DNA of 64,000 nucleotides from the human T2T-CHM13v2.0 reference genome, Homo sapiens: assembly GCF_009914755.1 (NCBI RefSeq), contig NC_060931.1. One strand, written 5' to 3'. Below, piece after piece: positions 1-14,413 of the stretch (position 1 is its first letter; each line of letters begins with the position of its first letter). Below the pieces are notes generated by a model that searched no databases, had not been told where the DNA came from, and saw only the letters and a list, made by a program, of their open reading frames with translations. The position numbers were made by a program, and so were the translations under genes.

Positions 1-193
1 CATTTTTTTTAAAGGGACAGAATAAAAATAGCAGAGAGAACTGCATATAGAAAGGGTAAGTATAGTTTCATGACACTTACATATATGCTTAGGTGTTGTG
101 AGTTTATGTACTGGACTATGATGTAGAATGTATTTCTGACAGAAACATTTATTTAACAGTAACAGGATCTACTTACAAACCAAGTGGACCAGG

Positions 194-566
194 TGTTTTA
201 GTCTGTTTGTACTGCTGTAACAAAATACCTGAGACTGCGTAATTTATAAACAATAAAAATTTATTTCTTACAGTTCTGGAGGCTGGGAAGTCCATGATCA
301 AGGTGTCAGCAGATTTAGTGTCTTGTGAGGGTTCTCTGCTTCCGAGATGAGCACCCTGTTGCTTATATACTGGAAGGGATGAATGCTCTGTCCTCACATG
401 GCTCACAGGCAGCTCTCTGAGGACTCTAACGGCAATACCATTCATGACAGCAAAGCCCTCACAGCTAAATCACTTCCCAAAAGGCCCCACCTCTTAATAT
501 CACCACCTTGGGGTTTAAGTTCCAACATATGAATTTTGGAGGAATACCTTCATTCAAACCATAGCA
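194..566 (-). mobile_element. MaLR solo LTR (MLT1A-like)
   Basis: TG...CA termini; typical MaLR motifs (tttatttcttacagttctggaggctgggaagtcca; cattcaaaccatagca); near-perfect 5-bp TSD ccagg/ccaag. Confidence 0.8.
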
Positions 567-2626
567 CCAAGGAAGGCTGAAAGCCTTTTTCAACTGGCAT
601 GGAGTGGCAGCTGAGGTTAGGGTCAGGGGCCCTTGAACAAAAGCCTTCTTAAGTTTAGGAAACAATATACAGACTAATTGCTTACTACAGAGCAGTTTAA
701 TACCCTAAGCATTCTTTTAGGAGTGAACTGGAGGCAATTATATTAGCAAAGAAGCTGTAGGGAGGGACAGGTCTATCCAGCTCAAAGGATATCCACAACA
801 AAATTTTCCTTCTCAGAAAAGAAGGAAGGCTGCAGGACCTCTCTAGATCAAAAGGTTCCTTTTCAAATGAGTACATATATTGCCAGGCCTCAACGAGAAT
901 GAATCTCCTTCGAGACAGGAACGGGACAATGCCTTCAATCAGCAACATTCTGTTTTTACAGTCTATTTCCCTCTTATTCTCTGAATCTGCCTCTTGCCCA
1001 GTTTTTCATGGTGTTTGAAAAGCTGGCTGCCATAGCTTGATAAGGCATATATCTAACCAGGATATTTTACTGCCTTTTCCATTTCTGCTTATCAAACGTA
1101 TTAATATATACTGGACACTACCTGGATCCGTTTTTTTTTTTTTACTAACAATTCATTCATACTTCATGGCATTTTGGCTATCATAGGTATCGCTGGCTTC
1201 CTGGTCAATTGTTCTTGGTCTAGGTGTAATAGTATTACACTTTAATTCTGACTGATTGTTCATCAACTGATTCATCTCCCCACCCCAAGTTAAGATTTGC
1301 TCATTGTTTTTGAATATATTTTGCTGGATTATATTGTTTCTATGAATATATTATGCTGGGTTTTGTTAAATGCTCTATTTCTTTACTGTTACTCTGAAAT
1401 CTTACTTTTTCAAGGTGCTCCATAATAACTTATTTTTTTAGAACTCCCAAACATGGATCAACAGTACAAATAAAGCTCTTCACTGTCCTCTATAGAAACC
1501 ATACAATTCTCACATCTGTGCCCTTGCTTTTCTCTGTGTGATATGCCTTTTATTGCTCTCCTCCTCTCCAAATTTTATCCATTCACATAAGGCTCAGCTT
1601 AAATCCCTCCATAAAGCTAACCTAACTACTCTCAGTCCCACTACTTTATCTAAATGTAAGTAGCACTGAATTTCCTCTCAACACTTAGAACTAAATTATA
1701 TAGATCTTCACATATTTCTTAAAATGATATCCTGTAGGATCCTTGAAGTAGGGGCCATTATTTATACAGCTTTTGCCTTATGCAGTCCTAGGCAGGCACT
1801 CAGTGGGATACAGTTGAAAGAGTGTTAGGAGATGAAGGTTTTTGTCCTTACTTGGTACTGAGGAGTCCGTAACAGGCTATTGGGGAAAACAAGCTCTCTG
1901 ATACCCCTCTTACTTTTCTCATAGCATAAACAGTAACTATGTAAATGGGAGGCTATCAAAACATCTTGGAGACCACTACCTTATAATTCATAGGTAGTAG
2001 ATGGTCTTGCCAGTAAGATAAAAAGGTGCACCTCAGTGCTTCAGACTGCCCATTACAGTAAGTTTTCACTTTTATAAACCTTAGGTCAGCACCTAAACTA
2101 TATATAGCTTATATATAAGCAATATAAACCTTATGCTCTATAAATAAATATTAATGGCAACTCTTGATAAAGAAATTGTGACTGGTTACAGCACGCTGGT
2201 CGCTGAAAAGAGATACTAGAGGGCAGTAATAAAACATAGGTAAAGAAATTAATTTATCACACTGCTACTGCATTGGTAATTCAAGGCAACCACAATTAAG
2301 GGGGTAAATACAGACCACAGATGCTAAAGCAATGCCTGAAAGTAAGAGATGTCAAATCAAATCAAACAAATGTTTAACATTTTATCAGATCTAAAGTAAG
2401 TACATCTTCTCTCAGTAAATTTTCTTGATGCACCATAAAATGCCAACAAAACTTCTAACTTACAGGTTAAATTATATAAAATACAATTTGAAAGCTCTTT
2501 TTAATTCTAATTATTTAAATATTAGCATCAGCAGACATTAATAATACTATTCTGAACCTGGATTTCCATGAATCTGAAGGTTAACCGTTAGCTGATAGGC
2601 TAAGTATGATAGAACAAAAAAATCAA

Positions 2627-2772
2627 AGCCAGTGGTGGTGATGAGCATCTGTAGTCCCAACTACTCCGGAGGCTGAGGCATAAGGACCCCTTGAGCCCGG
2701 GAGTCCAAGGATGCAGTGAGCTATGATTCTGCCATTGTGTTCCAGTTTGGGCTGCCCCATCTCTAAAAAAAA
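2627..2772 (+). mobile_element. Alu monomer (FRAM/FAM-like)
   Basis: tgtagtcccaactactccggaggctgagg...gcagtgagctatgatt followed by A-tail; single arm only. Confidence 0.75.
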
Positions 2773-3639
2773 TTTTTTTAATATGAAAAAGAAGTACTTT
2801 CTAAGTGAAAACTTAAAAAAAAAAAAAAAACCCAAATTGGTGAAAAATGCCTGACTATATCAACACTGTATTTAGAAAAATAGGGAGGTATGGGAAAAAG
2901 GTTAGGCAAGCCCCAATGCCCAAAACAATAATCCCAGAAACTGAAAGCATCTTGAAAACCACCTAGCAATACAGAACTTTACATTTAAAAAAAGCAGGGG
3001 TAATTTTGATTCACAAATGTCCTTAGTTGTGAATGTACCTAAAAACTTGTTTATAAAGCTGCATATATAGAGCAGAAAAATCTTTTACAAGATCTCAGGA
3101 AAATAATCACCAAATAACATGGTGCACTTAAATCGCACTGATCATCACAGCATGATTCACAAATAATACCGTACAACTACAAAGATATAACACATCGCTA
3201 CACATACTTTATTTGCAATTCAGTACCATGAAAACATTTCTCTAAGAGGTCAATGTAATAATCTTTTATTGATATAGGAACTCTGGCACTGAAAGCTTGA
3301 ATAACCCAAGGTAATGATGTCGTCACCAAGGGAGGACAAGAATAGAACCCAAATCCCTTGACTCCCAAGCTTGTGTTTTCCATTAATTGTGCTCCTTTCT
3401 ATTCATCCAAGAGCATCAAGTGTAAAAGGCTGGAGAAAGGAGTGGACACAAATGAGCCAAGTCCGCAAGGTGGAGACTGCACTGAAGGTCCTAGGAATCG
3501 CCCCTTGGCACTTTCCTTTTGTGTTGGCTGAGGAAGATGAAAGCAGCAACAACCACAAACTCCTGGGACCAAGAACTGGAACTAGGTACTGCTTGTTGTG
3601 GTAACTCTCTTCCTCATTTTAGGCCTTTCCTTTTTAACC

Positions 3640-5200
3640 TCTCCTTCCGGCCAAGCCTTCGCGCTCTCTTCCCCTCCCTCGGTTTCTATCCGCTCCCGTT
3701 AGCTCCACTCCGCACATTCCTGCAAGGTGTCCCCGTTAAGAGGAGGCAGCTGCGCCGCACTGGCTCTCCACCCTCCATCCGGCCCTGGCGCCCAGTCGTC
3801 AGGTGTTCGAGAGGTTCGTAGCGTCACAAGCGCTCTCCCTAGAAAGTGAGTGGCAGTCAAGCATTATAAACGTGTTTCAACTGTAAAGAGACTTAAGAGA
3901 TGGGAACCGGGGCATATACCAAGTTAGCTCTGCGTGGGTCTAGGTAGCTCGTCACGACAAAGCAAAATTTAGACAAGCGTTGAGACTTTCCTTCTAGCTC
4001 CGAGTTTCACAGCTCCGCCATCCCCTGAGCAACCTCCCACTGGAGGGCGCCTTCCGGAGCGCGCGTGTTTACACTTTTGCTACACCAGGCGGAGGAAACA
4101 AGCGCTCGCTGACCCCGGGGGATTCCAAACCGTTACTCCGCCCGCCGGGGTGGGGCCAGCGCAACGGCCGAGCCTGCGCAGCCAGCCGGCTCCGGGGGCC
4201 CCGCGCACTACAAGTCCCAGAAGGCAGCTCTCCGCGGGGCGGGCAGTCGCCTTATCTGCTTCTGGCTCATTTTTACCACTGCTCTCCCCTTCCCCGGTCC
4301 CCCTGGTGTCCTTTCCACAGTTAAAGGCTACTTTCTCTTGAAGCACATGAGGAGAAGCCTTAGCAACCTCAATACCGAAGTTCTTCGCGCGCTCGCTCTT
4401 TCTGCCTCCGCCCGAACTATGCCTGAGTCCCTCACAGGAGTTGGATAGTAGAGGCGAGAGAAGGAAGTCTTTGCAGGCCAAAATTGGGACAACCTGCTTG
4501 GACTTCCGCCTCCCGGCCTCCGGAAGGCAGTGCGCACGCGCTCGCTGCGACTCCGGCGCGGTTGACTTCCGCTCCCACTGTGCTCTGCGAGCCGAATCAT
4601 GGATCACACTGGTAAGGAGGCGGAGGCAGTGGGGGTCCCGGTTCCAAGCCCCCTTGGCCGGCCTGGGGCTGGTCGCACAGCAGGCAAAAGGGATTATGCT
4701 CGCCCCACAACACTAGGGTGTGGCAGTGAGAAGAAATCTCACAGATGCCTTCCTGTGCCCGGCAGGGGCCTGCGGTTTCCTGGCCTACCGTCTGGTGTGG
4801 TACCTACCTCCTCCGTGCCGGCAACAACCGCTCCTACTCTGGTTCTGCTGAGCTCCGAGCCCGGACCAGTGGGCGATGTAGGCCTTCGGGAAGGGAGAGC
4901 CCCGGCTCTGTTTTATTTAGCCCAGCTGCTCTGGCCTACGTTATGGAGACTGGCGGGTAGATTGCGGTCTCCGAGTCGCGGAATCCTCTTTACGCTGGGA
5001 GTGGACGGGCGAGAATGGGTTGGAGACTTCCTGCTGTCTCAGTCAGCTTTGGGCGGGTGCTGCAGTGGTCACCCCCTGTCGTCTCTCCGATCCTTTATGG
5101 ACTAGAGGGGTGAAAGAAGGGAGTCTGATAGAGTTTTTGGAATCAAACTCGGAGCAGTTTTTCTACCTAAACCAAAAGCATGCCCCGCGCTTCGGCTGAG
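3640..5200. promoter_or_regulatory. CBLL1: CpG island promoter of CBLL1 (likely bidirectional)
   Basis: High GC and CpG density around exon 1; ZNF143/SBS-like ACTACAAGTCCCAGAAGGC 4207-4225; ETS-like ACTTCCG (~4502, ~4565) and CCGGAAG (~4520); NRF1-like TGCGCACGCG 4531-4540; no TATA near the ATG; limits approximate. Confidence 0.85.
4599..4611 (+). CDS. CBLL1: CBLL1 exon 1 coding part (MDHT)
   Basis: ATG GAT CAC ACT G|gtaagg donor. Confidence 0.95.
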
Positions 5201-5465
5201 GTCCTTACTCATCATTTGAGGGTATTTACAAAGAGGAGTTTAAAATCAAGGCATTCTCATACTTTTCTCCAAGTAAGAGTGGCTCCACCCTTTGTTATGT
5301 ATTTTCTGGCTTTTGCTTCTTTGTGGTTCTTGGATATTGAATGAGTGCTCTTGGAGTTATGTGCCCCATACATTTATAGCGACCGTATCACAAATAGAGA
5401 AAAAAAGGCTTTTTCTTGAGTATTGAGTTGTCCTCACTCATCAGATATCTACTTGGTTATATAAT

Positions 5466-5509
5466 TAGGTGTGTATGTTTATTTATGTAGGTGTGTATGT
5501 TTATTTATG
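5466..5509. repeat. 22-bp perfect tandem duplication
   Basis: taggtgtgtatgtttatttatg x2. Confidence 0.9.
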
Positions 5510-5689
5510 CAAGATACATGCAGATATCTATAGGTCGGGAGATGGAAGATGGAATGGTAAACGAGACGGACCAGGTCCGTGATAGAACTTCTGTTTTATG
5601 GAGGAACACAGACAATACGTTCTTTTTTTTTAAATTTATTATTTTTTTAATGTTTGCGGATTATTTTGAAGAAAATAAACGAGTGCTGT

Positions 5690-6560
5690 GGAGAGATTCA
5701 TAGGACGAAATTTCAGAGAGGGTTGTTAGGAATGGTCTTTGTGGAAGCTAAGATCTGATGGATGAGAAGAACCCAGCCCTGGGAAAAAAGCAAGAGGAAG
5801 AGCATTTCCAGCAAGTGCGAAGGCACTGAGGTAGGAAGATACAGTGAAGTCAGCTGCAGCCTCCTAATAGCCAGAGGGTAGGAGTCCTGAAGTGAGATTG
5901 GAAAGGAGGGCAGCAGGCACATCATTCAGGTCATTGAAAGCCGTGGTAAACGTTTGAATTTTAATTTAAGTGAATATGAAGCCATTGAACAGAAGTGGAG
6001 GAGGAACACAGTCTCTTAAAAAATACAATAGGCTGTTCTATGAAGAATGGTGTAAGAGAGGGAGGTAAGAATGATGGAAAATAGCTGATTGCAGTAGACG
6101 GGAAGGGAAGGTTGGTTTGGTGAAAATGAAGGAGAATGGGCAGCTTCAGTAAATACTCTGGTGGTGTTTGAAGGAATGTGAGAGAAAGGAGAAATGCCTA
6201 GGCTTTTGGTTTGAGCAACTAGGTAGGGTCCATTATTGAGCTGAGGAAAACTTGGGGCAGAAAACAATCTTTTTTTGTAGAGGTGAGACGGGAATTTGGG
6301 AACAAGTGTTTGGTCTTGGACTGCTAGTGTGAGATAACTACTGAGACACAGGAGAGATGCCAAGTGGAGATGAGAGGAAAGATCTGCACTGAAAATACGT
6401 ATTTGGAAGTTAGTACCTTTATTTATAGCTGGTATTTTAAAGCATGAGGACAGATGAGACCACTTAAGAAGGGTGTGTTCAGAGGAGAAGCCGGCCTAGA
6501 ACGAGGCTGTAAAGAATTCCAGTGTTTGGGAATTTATAGAGTTGAAACTGGGATTTTGAT
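5690..6560 (-). mobile_element. L2 LINE fragment
   Basis: Purine-rich degenerate L2-like sequence (gaggaagagcatttccagc...; ggcttttggtttgagcaactagg); boundaries approximate. Confidence 0.6.
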
Positions 6561-7292
6561 GTTAGAATAGCAAACATTCAACTTTAGGAAAGTAATTCTT
6601 ATTTGAGCCCACTACTGGAATTATGAGTCAAGTTCCTGCCATAGTTTAGAGGCTATTATGTTAGGAAATCATAATAGGGGTGAGTGTAAAGAGTGTTTAT
6701 TATCTTAATTCTTGAAGTTTAGAGATTGCCTAAGGAAGTAAAACTCATCTTAACATGAAAATACTCACGAATGAGCTGACCACTTAAAAAATTAGTTCCC
6801 TCTCAGATGTCCCTTCTGCTTAACACTAGCTTCTTACCTATTTTATTTTTTTTAAATGAATCAATCTCTTTGATGTTTAGTATCAGAAGACAGTATCAAA
6901 TACTGTGCACTGATTGTGAAATAAAATTATAAACCTTGTAGAAGATTCTGGTTTTCATGAAATTCGTAAACATGAATTTGATAATTGTTTAAATCACAAA
7001 GGCTTTGACAAATGAGGAAATGCCACTTAGCTAGATAATTGAAGAATCATGACAGGATAGGCATCTCAAAAGAATAATTGTAATATTAAAGGATTAAGAG
7101 GTCCTTGGGGAAACAGATGAAACCCTTGAACATTATGCAAAAATGACCCATTTTATGATCATACCGAAACATTCAAATGTGAAAATGAAGGTGTTCTAAT
7201 AGAATCTTGCCAGAAAAATTACTCCAAGGGGCTCCCCATTAACACTGGATTTATTCTTTGGTCATTCTAAGAATTAGCACTTCTGTAACTGT

Positions 7293-7329
7293 ATCCCAGA
7301 TTTTGTAAAAGATCCCAGATTTTGTAAAA
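7293..7329. repeat. 19-bp tandem duplication
   Basis: atcccagattttgtaaaa(g) x2. Confidence 0.85.
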
Positions 7330-8986
7330 TATTTATTGGTTCTTTTTATTCAAGATAAAAAATCCCCAATCTTTTTTAAACTATATGATATGGAAGTGTT
7401 GTGCCTTTTTAAAGTGAATTTATCTGAAGTGGCCAGTAGTCCTTAGTCACTTTCTATGTAATATCTAAGAAATTTTTGTTGTTAAGGACTTTATAATTTG
7501 TTACTGTATTCAAAAGGAAATAGTGCTTTATGCTCTGATTCTTAATTTAAAAACAACAAAAAGCAAAAAAGTCCCAAAGAAACCCAGAATGTTATCATTA
7601 TTAAATGCTGTACCTCATGAACTTGAATCTGTGAAGCAGAGTGGGAAGGGCCAGCCAGCTCTTGAAAGTGGTAGACTATGCAAGCAACAGTAGAGACCTC
7701 AAGTGTTCAGGATGGTGTGAAAAGGACTTGTAATGAAGTGTTGGTATTTTCATTATTCACAAAGGTAAAACGATTAAACCATTTTGATATTTGAATATTT
7801 AATATTTGAGGGACAGCATTGAACTGATTATATGTCTACAACGACTTGCTTTTTAGTTCATTGGAATGTCAGGAATACTTTTTGAGCAAGGAAAAAAGTC
7901 ATTCATATTTCTTTTGGCCAATGCATTGCTTGTAAGTACTTTTACATACATAAGCAACTACAATGAAAACAGATCAAATACATTAATCAGCTTGTGAGTC
8001 TATTTAATGAAGTGTTGAAAGCTGATCAAGTTGGGTTAACCCTAACTCAAGATTCTAGCTAACCATGTAATTCCACCCCTCTTTGTTTTAGGATTAGCTG
8101 TTATAAGAGTAGTAAGTAGATTAAAATAATCGTTATGGACCCATTTTTAATTTTGTTTGGTATTTTGTTCAGAAAAAGTGCAAATGAATGTGAACTTATT
8201 GTGTGTCTGTAATCCTAGTAGCCTTGGAGGCCATTGGTACTAGCTTACTACTTCCAAATTTGGCTTTGCTGAATTTAATGTGGATGGTTTGGCTATCAGT
8301 CTTGACTGTAATATTTCCTGCAGGGGCAGTTATACAACCTTGTTCAATAACTTGTCATGTTTAAAACACTACAAATTAAAAAATACGTTATTTGTATTTC
8401 CTATTTTAAGCATTTTCCTTCTTTAGTAGGTCAAGTTAAATATTTTCTGTATTATATATTTTCATCTACTTGAAAAAAGGTAACTCTTAAGCTTTAGATG
8501 GAGTCAGTTCTATGAAATAATACTCCTGTTACTCATGGGACAAGAATTAATTTATTCTATAGACAATAACAAGCAAAGACTCCAGGGACTAGAAAGTGAC
8601 ACTTGTTTAGACCTAGTTGTAGTATAGGAACTTTGCATCCTCTTAAATTATAATTTTCCATTACAGTGCTGACTAAGAACTCAGTCACATGTTATAGCAC
8701 AAATACATTATTGCATGTTTTTACTACTAAATGGTATAATGATTTTTACTATATTTCTGAATGATTTTTAGAATAATTATTTTGCGCTTAAGGAATAATC
8801 ACATTTCTTAACTTCATTTTCAAACGCATTGTTTAATTTTGCCTTCATCAGTATTAGTAAGTTCAGTTTACTAAATTTATTTTCTGCTTTGCATGCTTGA
8901 TGATCAGACATGGAGACAGGGATGGTTTTCGTTCTTTTTCTCCTTCTTACTCTTTTTCTTTTAAAAAATTCTCTTGTAGTTCAAGA

Positions 8987-9139
8987 CAATGGTTCTTGGG
9001 TTCATTAATGGTTTCATGTTTCTGTAAACTTCTCTGGAATTATATGAAAAATTTTATTCACTTTTCTAGGGAGAGGTCCTATAACTTTTATCAATTTCTT
9101 AAAGGATTCTGTATCTCAAAAGGGGTTAAAAAGCATTGC
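8987..9139. mobile_element. hAT-Charlie MITE remnant (Charlie4z-like)
   Basis: caatggttctt...gggagaggtcctataacttttatcaatttcttaaagg...ggttaaaaagcattg; a related copy lies at ~15580-15715. Confidence 0.5.
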
Positions 9140-9314
9140 CTTAAGTGTTGATCCAAAATAAATAAAATTAGCAGTTAAACTTAATGTAATATTGAAAATC
9201 AGAACCCAGATCTTTAACCTTGATAATGTTAGGTATGGTGTTTTAATACCTGTGGCAGAATAATCTTTAAAAAGAAAAACTAAAAGAAATTACAACTTTT
9301 TTTTCCTAACACAG

Positions 9315-9482
9315 ACAATGAGTTACAAGGCACTAATAGTTCTGGATCCTTGGGTGGTCTTGATGTTCGCAGACGAATTCCTATAAAGCTCATCTCCAAA
9401 CAAGCAAACAAAGCGAAACCTGCACCGCGAACTCAAAGAACTATAAACAGGATGCCTGCAAAGGCTCCACCTGGTGATGAAG
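9315..9482 (+). CDS. CBLL1: CBLL1 exon 2
   Basis: acag|ACAATGAG...GATGAAG|gtaatt; DNELQGTNSSGSLGGLDVRRRIPIKLISK... Confidence 0.96.
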
Positions 9483-10372
9483 GTAATTTGTTTAACTAAT
9501 AGGTCCAACACTCTTTCTGTTTTATCTGATTGCTTCGGACAGTCTGTGTGATCTTATAGCTACCTCTTTTTGTCTTACATATTCTATTCATTCTTCAACC
9601 TTCTTGTTTGACTTCTCATTGTAGCACATTGTATTTTTATTTTCCTTTATAAATATTTTTTGATTTGGTTCCTTTTGTTGTTGAAAGCAATACTGCCCAT
9701 TGTTCAGTAATCTCAACAGTATTGCAGAAAGCATAACATTAAAAGTAAAATCCTTCTATCCAAAGATAATCCCTGTTGACTTTTTTATACAAAAGTATTA
9801 ATTTTTTATGTGTAGTTGCCATTTTTTCATGTAATATGCATTTGAGATTTTTTTCTTATCAGTACTTACAGATGTACCTCATTAAAAAAATAGGTTTGGG
9901 TATTTATAGATATACCATAATTTATTTAACAGTTTTTCCAGTTTTTTCTGTTACAAAAAACATTGCACCAAATATTCTTGGACATACAGTTTAGTATGTA
10001 TACTTTGTAGAATTTGTACTTTGCACAGATTTGGCCTTTTTTTTTTTTTTAAGAGCAATTTGACAGTACTTGTCAAACTCTAAAATCCACAGTATCTGTC
10101 AAGTTTTAAAATATCCAAATTTGTAGTTTTAAAGGCTTTGGAATTAAAAAAATAATAATAAAAAGGTATGTTAGTTTTTACTGCCATACACCAATACTGA
10201 GTACTAGAAACCTTTTAAAATTTTTGTTTTGATGTAAATTTATTTTAATTATGAAAGAGTGTATATTTTTTCATAGCATTGACCATTCTTGTTTAGATCC
10301 TTTCTTCTGAGTTCTTTGTAAATTAATAGGGTTTTTGTTATATGTTATGTATGTGCGTGTGTGTATATATAT

Positions 10373-11016
<644 letters not shown>

Positions 11017-11156
11017 TTATTGCAGAGAATCTTGAAGATTCTATATAGTCAGATATCCGGTCTTTGCTTTTATGACTTCTGGGTTTTGTGACATTATTTG
11101 AAAGGCCTTCCCCTATTTCACCAGTATAAAAGAGTTTTTCCATCTTACCCTTGATT

Positions 11157-11368
11157 ACAGGTTAGCAAACTATGTCTGTGGGCCAAATGTAGCCCTGTTT
11201 TTATAAACAATTTTATTGGAACACAGCTATGCTCATTCATTTAAGTATTATCTATGGGGGCTTTCACACTATAATGGTAGAGTTGAGTAATTGTGATTGA
11301 GACCATATGGTCCACAAAGCGTAAATATTTACTATTTAGCATTTCACAGAAAAAGTTCACTGATACTG
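11157..11368. mobile_element. MER58A-like hAT MITE
   Basis: cagg..agcaaactatg..tgggccaaat...tttattggaacacagc...acagaaaaagtt...ctg. Confidence 0.7.
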
Positions 11369-11498
11369 CTTTAGAACATTTATGGTTATTAAGGGGAAAA
11401 AAGGTGGGGTCTGGCTTTTTTTTTTTTCCCTCGAAACATTGTCCCAACTCTTTTCCTTGCTGAATAGGGATTTTACTGTTATCATATATATGTTAAAG

Positions 11499-11835
11499 CA
11501 GCAGTCCCTAATCTTTTTGGCACCAGGACTGGTTTCGTGGAAGACAGTTTTTCCACAGGTGGAGAGTGATGGCAGGGTGCGGGGAGTGGTTTCGGGATGC
11601 AACTGTTGCATTAGTTAGATTCTTGTAAGGAGCACCAACCTAGATCCCTCTCTTGCACGGTTCACAATAGGGTTTGCGTTCCTATGAGAATCTAATGAGG
11701 CTGCTGATCTGACGGGAGGCGGAGGCAGAGGTCAAGTGGTAATGCTCCCTAGCCCTTCCCTCACCTCCTGCTGTGTGGCCGCATTCCTAACAGGCCAAGG
11801 GTACTGGTCCAAGGCCTGGGAGTTGGGGACCCCTG
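11499..11835. mobile_element. MER1B-like hAT MITE
   Basis: TIRs cagcagtccc / ggggacccctg; ~337 bp; imperfect 8-bp TSD tgttaaag/tattaaaa. Confidence 0.8.
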
Positions 11836-12352
11836 TATTAAAAGTATTTTTTTGTATTTCTGGACTTTCTGTTCTATTCCAGCAATTTGTCTGTATTTAT
11901 TTTGTAGAATCAAACTGCTTTAGTTACAACATATGTTATGGTTTCTTTTATCGTAGGGTTCCTCTGCCATCTAAACAAGTATATTTCAAGTCAAAATGTT
12001 AGAAATCGTGTTAGTAATAACCTAGGGCTGCTGTTGCACTACCTCTAATTTAGGGTCACTCCTGCTTTGGCTTTGTTTAAAAAAATAGTTTTTTAAAACA
12101 ACACGTTAGTGTACAAATAATTCTTTAATAGTTCAAACAATGCAGAAAAGCCAAAATCCTTTTCTCTCCTTTCCCTCTCGGATTTTGGAGTAAAATAAGT
12201 TTGTTTTTGATTGTTGTTTTCCTAGGCATCAATCAAAATATATATAGTTTAATGATGGGAGTACAGGTGGAACTACTCTGAAAAATGATAATGTGCTCCT
12301 AATTTCCTTGGCTGTTATCTCAATAATTTTCTGGTTTGAAAAATTGAGTTTC

Positions 12353-12671
<319 letters not shown>

Positions 12672-13845
12672 TTATTTTGAATTTTAGATCACACCAGCTT
12701 TTCTAAGGTGTAAATGGGTGATATAGGAGCCTAGGAACACTCAGGTGTAACTTATAAGAGCATCCTGACTTTGGATTATACATTCGTATTGGCAGTAATT
12801 AAATAGCAGTACACTGAAGTGTCTATCAGCTTCAAAAACTTCTTGCATCATTGTTTGTGTGTTAATGTGAATGTGTCTCTCTGTGTGTGTGTGTGTGTGT
12901 CTGTGTCTGTGTATAGGTGCTGTAATTTAGTCATGTGGGTAAAGTTAAAACTTGTGTGCTTGGCTACTCTGTTTACCAGTTCTAGGGCCAAAAGAGTCGT
13001 GAGAAGCCTGGCTCCTTGGAGGGATATATTTGTCTGCTCAGCTTTACTTTAGGTAATTGGATTCTACCTAGAATTCCCATCAGACTGTTGATTGGTTTTC
13101 TGTTCTTTTGTAGGAGTTGAGAAGATTGCCATCAACTTTTTAATTAGGCCAGAGAAATTGAGCCCCTTTCATCTTCATATATCTTAAGTTTATTGATATT
13201 GATAAATGCATTGTAGGAAAGGATACATGAGAATACGATATGGCTCCTGTTGTTTGGGTAATTAATCAGGGAGTGGTTTTAATTGACAGGATGAAATATG
13301 AATATGTTAAAGTGTCTAAATCACTCATTTTAGGGCTAAAGAAGAGGATAACTTGTTTGCTAATAAAATCGATAGAATGCTTTATGTTTTCATTATGCTA
13401 TTGGCAATACAATCAGTCTCTTAGCATACCATTTTTGTAGCTAGACTAGAATAAATGGTGATCAATATCTTAAAAATTTGTGCAACAAGCATGATCATCA
13501 GTAAAGTTTTACATTAGAAATAGTTTCATGAATTGATAAGAGCATTTGAATGGGAGTCAAGAGATCTGAGGTCTGTTCCTGGCTTTGCCACTTATCTTCT
13601 ATATGTTGAGTTATGAGTCTCCATACAGTAATATTCTCAATAATGAAGTAAAAGAGTTGGACTAGATCACCAAGATCACTTCTAACTGATGTTTTAAAGT
13701 AATCTTGATTGTCTTATTCTTAGAAAAGCTTTGAAAGGCATCAGATGAGCTTTTTAGTGAAAAGGTCTATTTTGCCATGTATATGTGCTTCCAAAATGAA
13801 ATTTGAGATTTGGAAAGTTAATGGGCAATACTTTTTTTTTCTCAG

Positions 13846-13946
13846 AAGGATTTGATTATAATGAAGAAGAACGGTATGACTGTAAAGGGGGTGAGCTGTT
13901 TGCAAATCAGCGAAGATTTCCTGGACACCTTTTTTGGGACTTTCAG
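13846..13946 (+). CDS. CBLL1: CBLL1 exon 3
   Basis: ctcag|AAGGATTT...TTTCAG|gtataa; EGFDYNEEERYDCKGGELFANQRRFPGHLFWDFQ. Confidence 0.96.
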
Positions 13947-14329
13947 GTATAATTAAAAATGAAAAATTGTATTATAACAATAAAATATTTTAAGTATTAA
14001 ATACTTAAAATGTTTTATTGGAGTAATGCACAGTACATTAAGAATATTATGAACTTATAACTATGATTTTCAGCACATACAAATCATTTGTTAATACTCT
14101 ATTTTCAAGAATAATTTGAAGTAATTTTCAGTAAAATCAATAACTGTTAACACTAAGAAGAAAAACTAATGGTATCACAACTAATGGTGGGGAATAAATG
14201 GAGATTATACCAAGAGGCTTCTATTTCTAATTGTTTTAACAACTTTTATAAAATATTGACCAATTCATTGTGTAGATACAATCTTTAGAATTGTGTAAGA
14301 AGGTAATTTTAATTATATCATTTCAACAG

Positions 14330-14413
14330 ATAAACATCTTAGGTGAAAAGGATGATACACCAGTTCATTTCTGTGACAAGTGTGGATTGCCTATTAAAAT
14401 CTATGGGAGAATG
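14330..14413 (+). CDS. CBLL1: CBLL1 exon 4 (RING N-part)
   Basis: aacag|ATAAAC...AGAATG|gtaagt; INILGEKDDTPVHFCDKCGLPIKIYGRM. Confidence 0.96.

Noticed and set aside
4080-5105. Long ORFs in the CpG island (175 aa on -, 168 aa on +)
   Set aside because: GC-rich stop-poor sequence; the + ORF is exon 1 reading through the donor into intron 1; no recognisable domains
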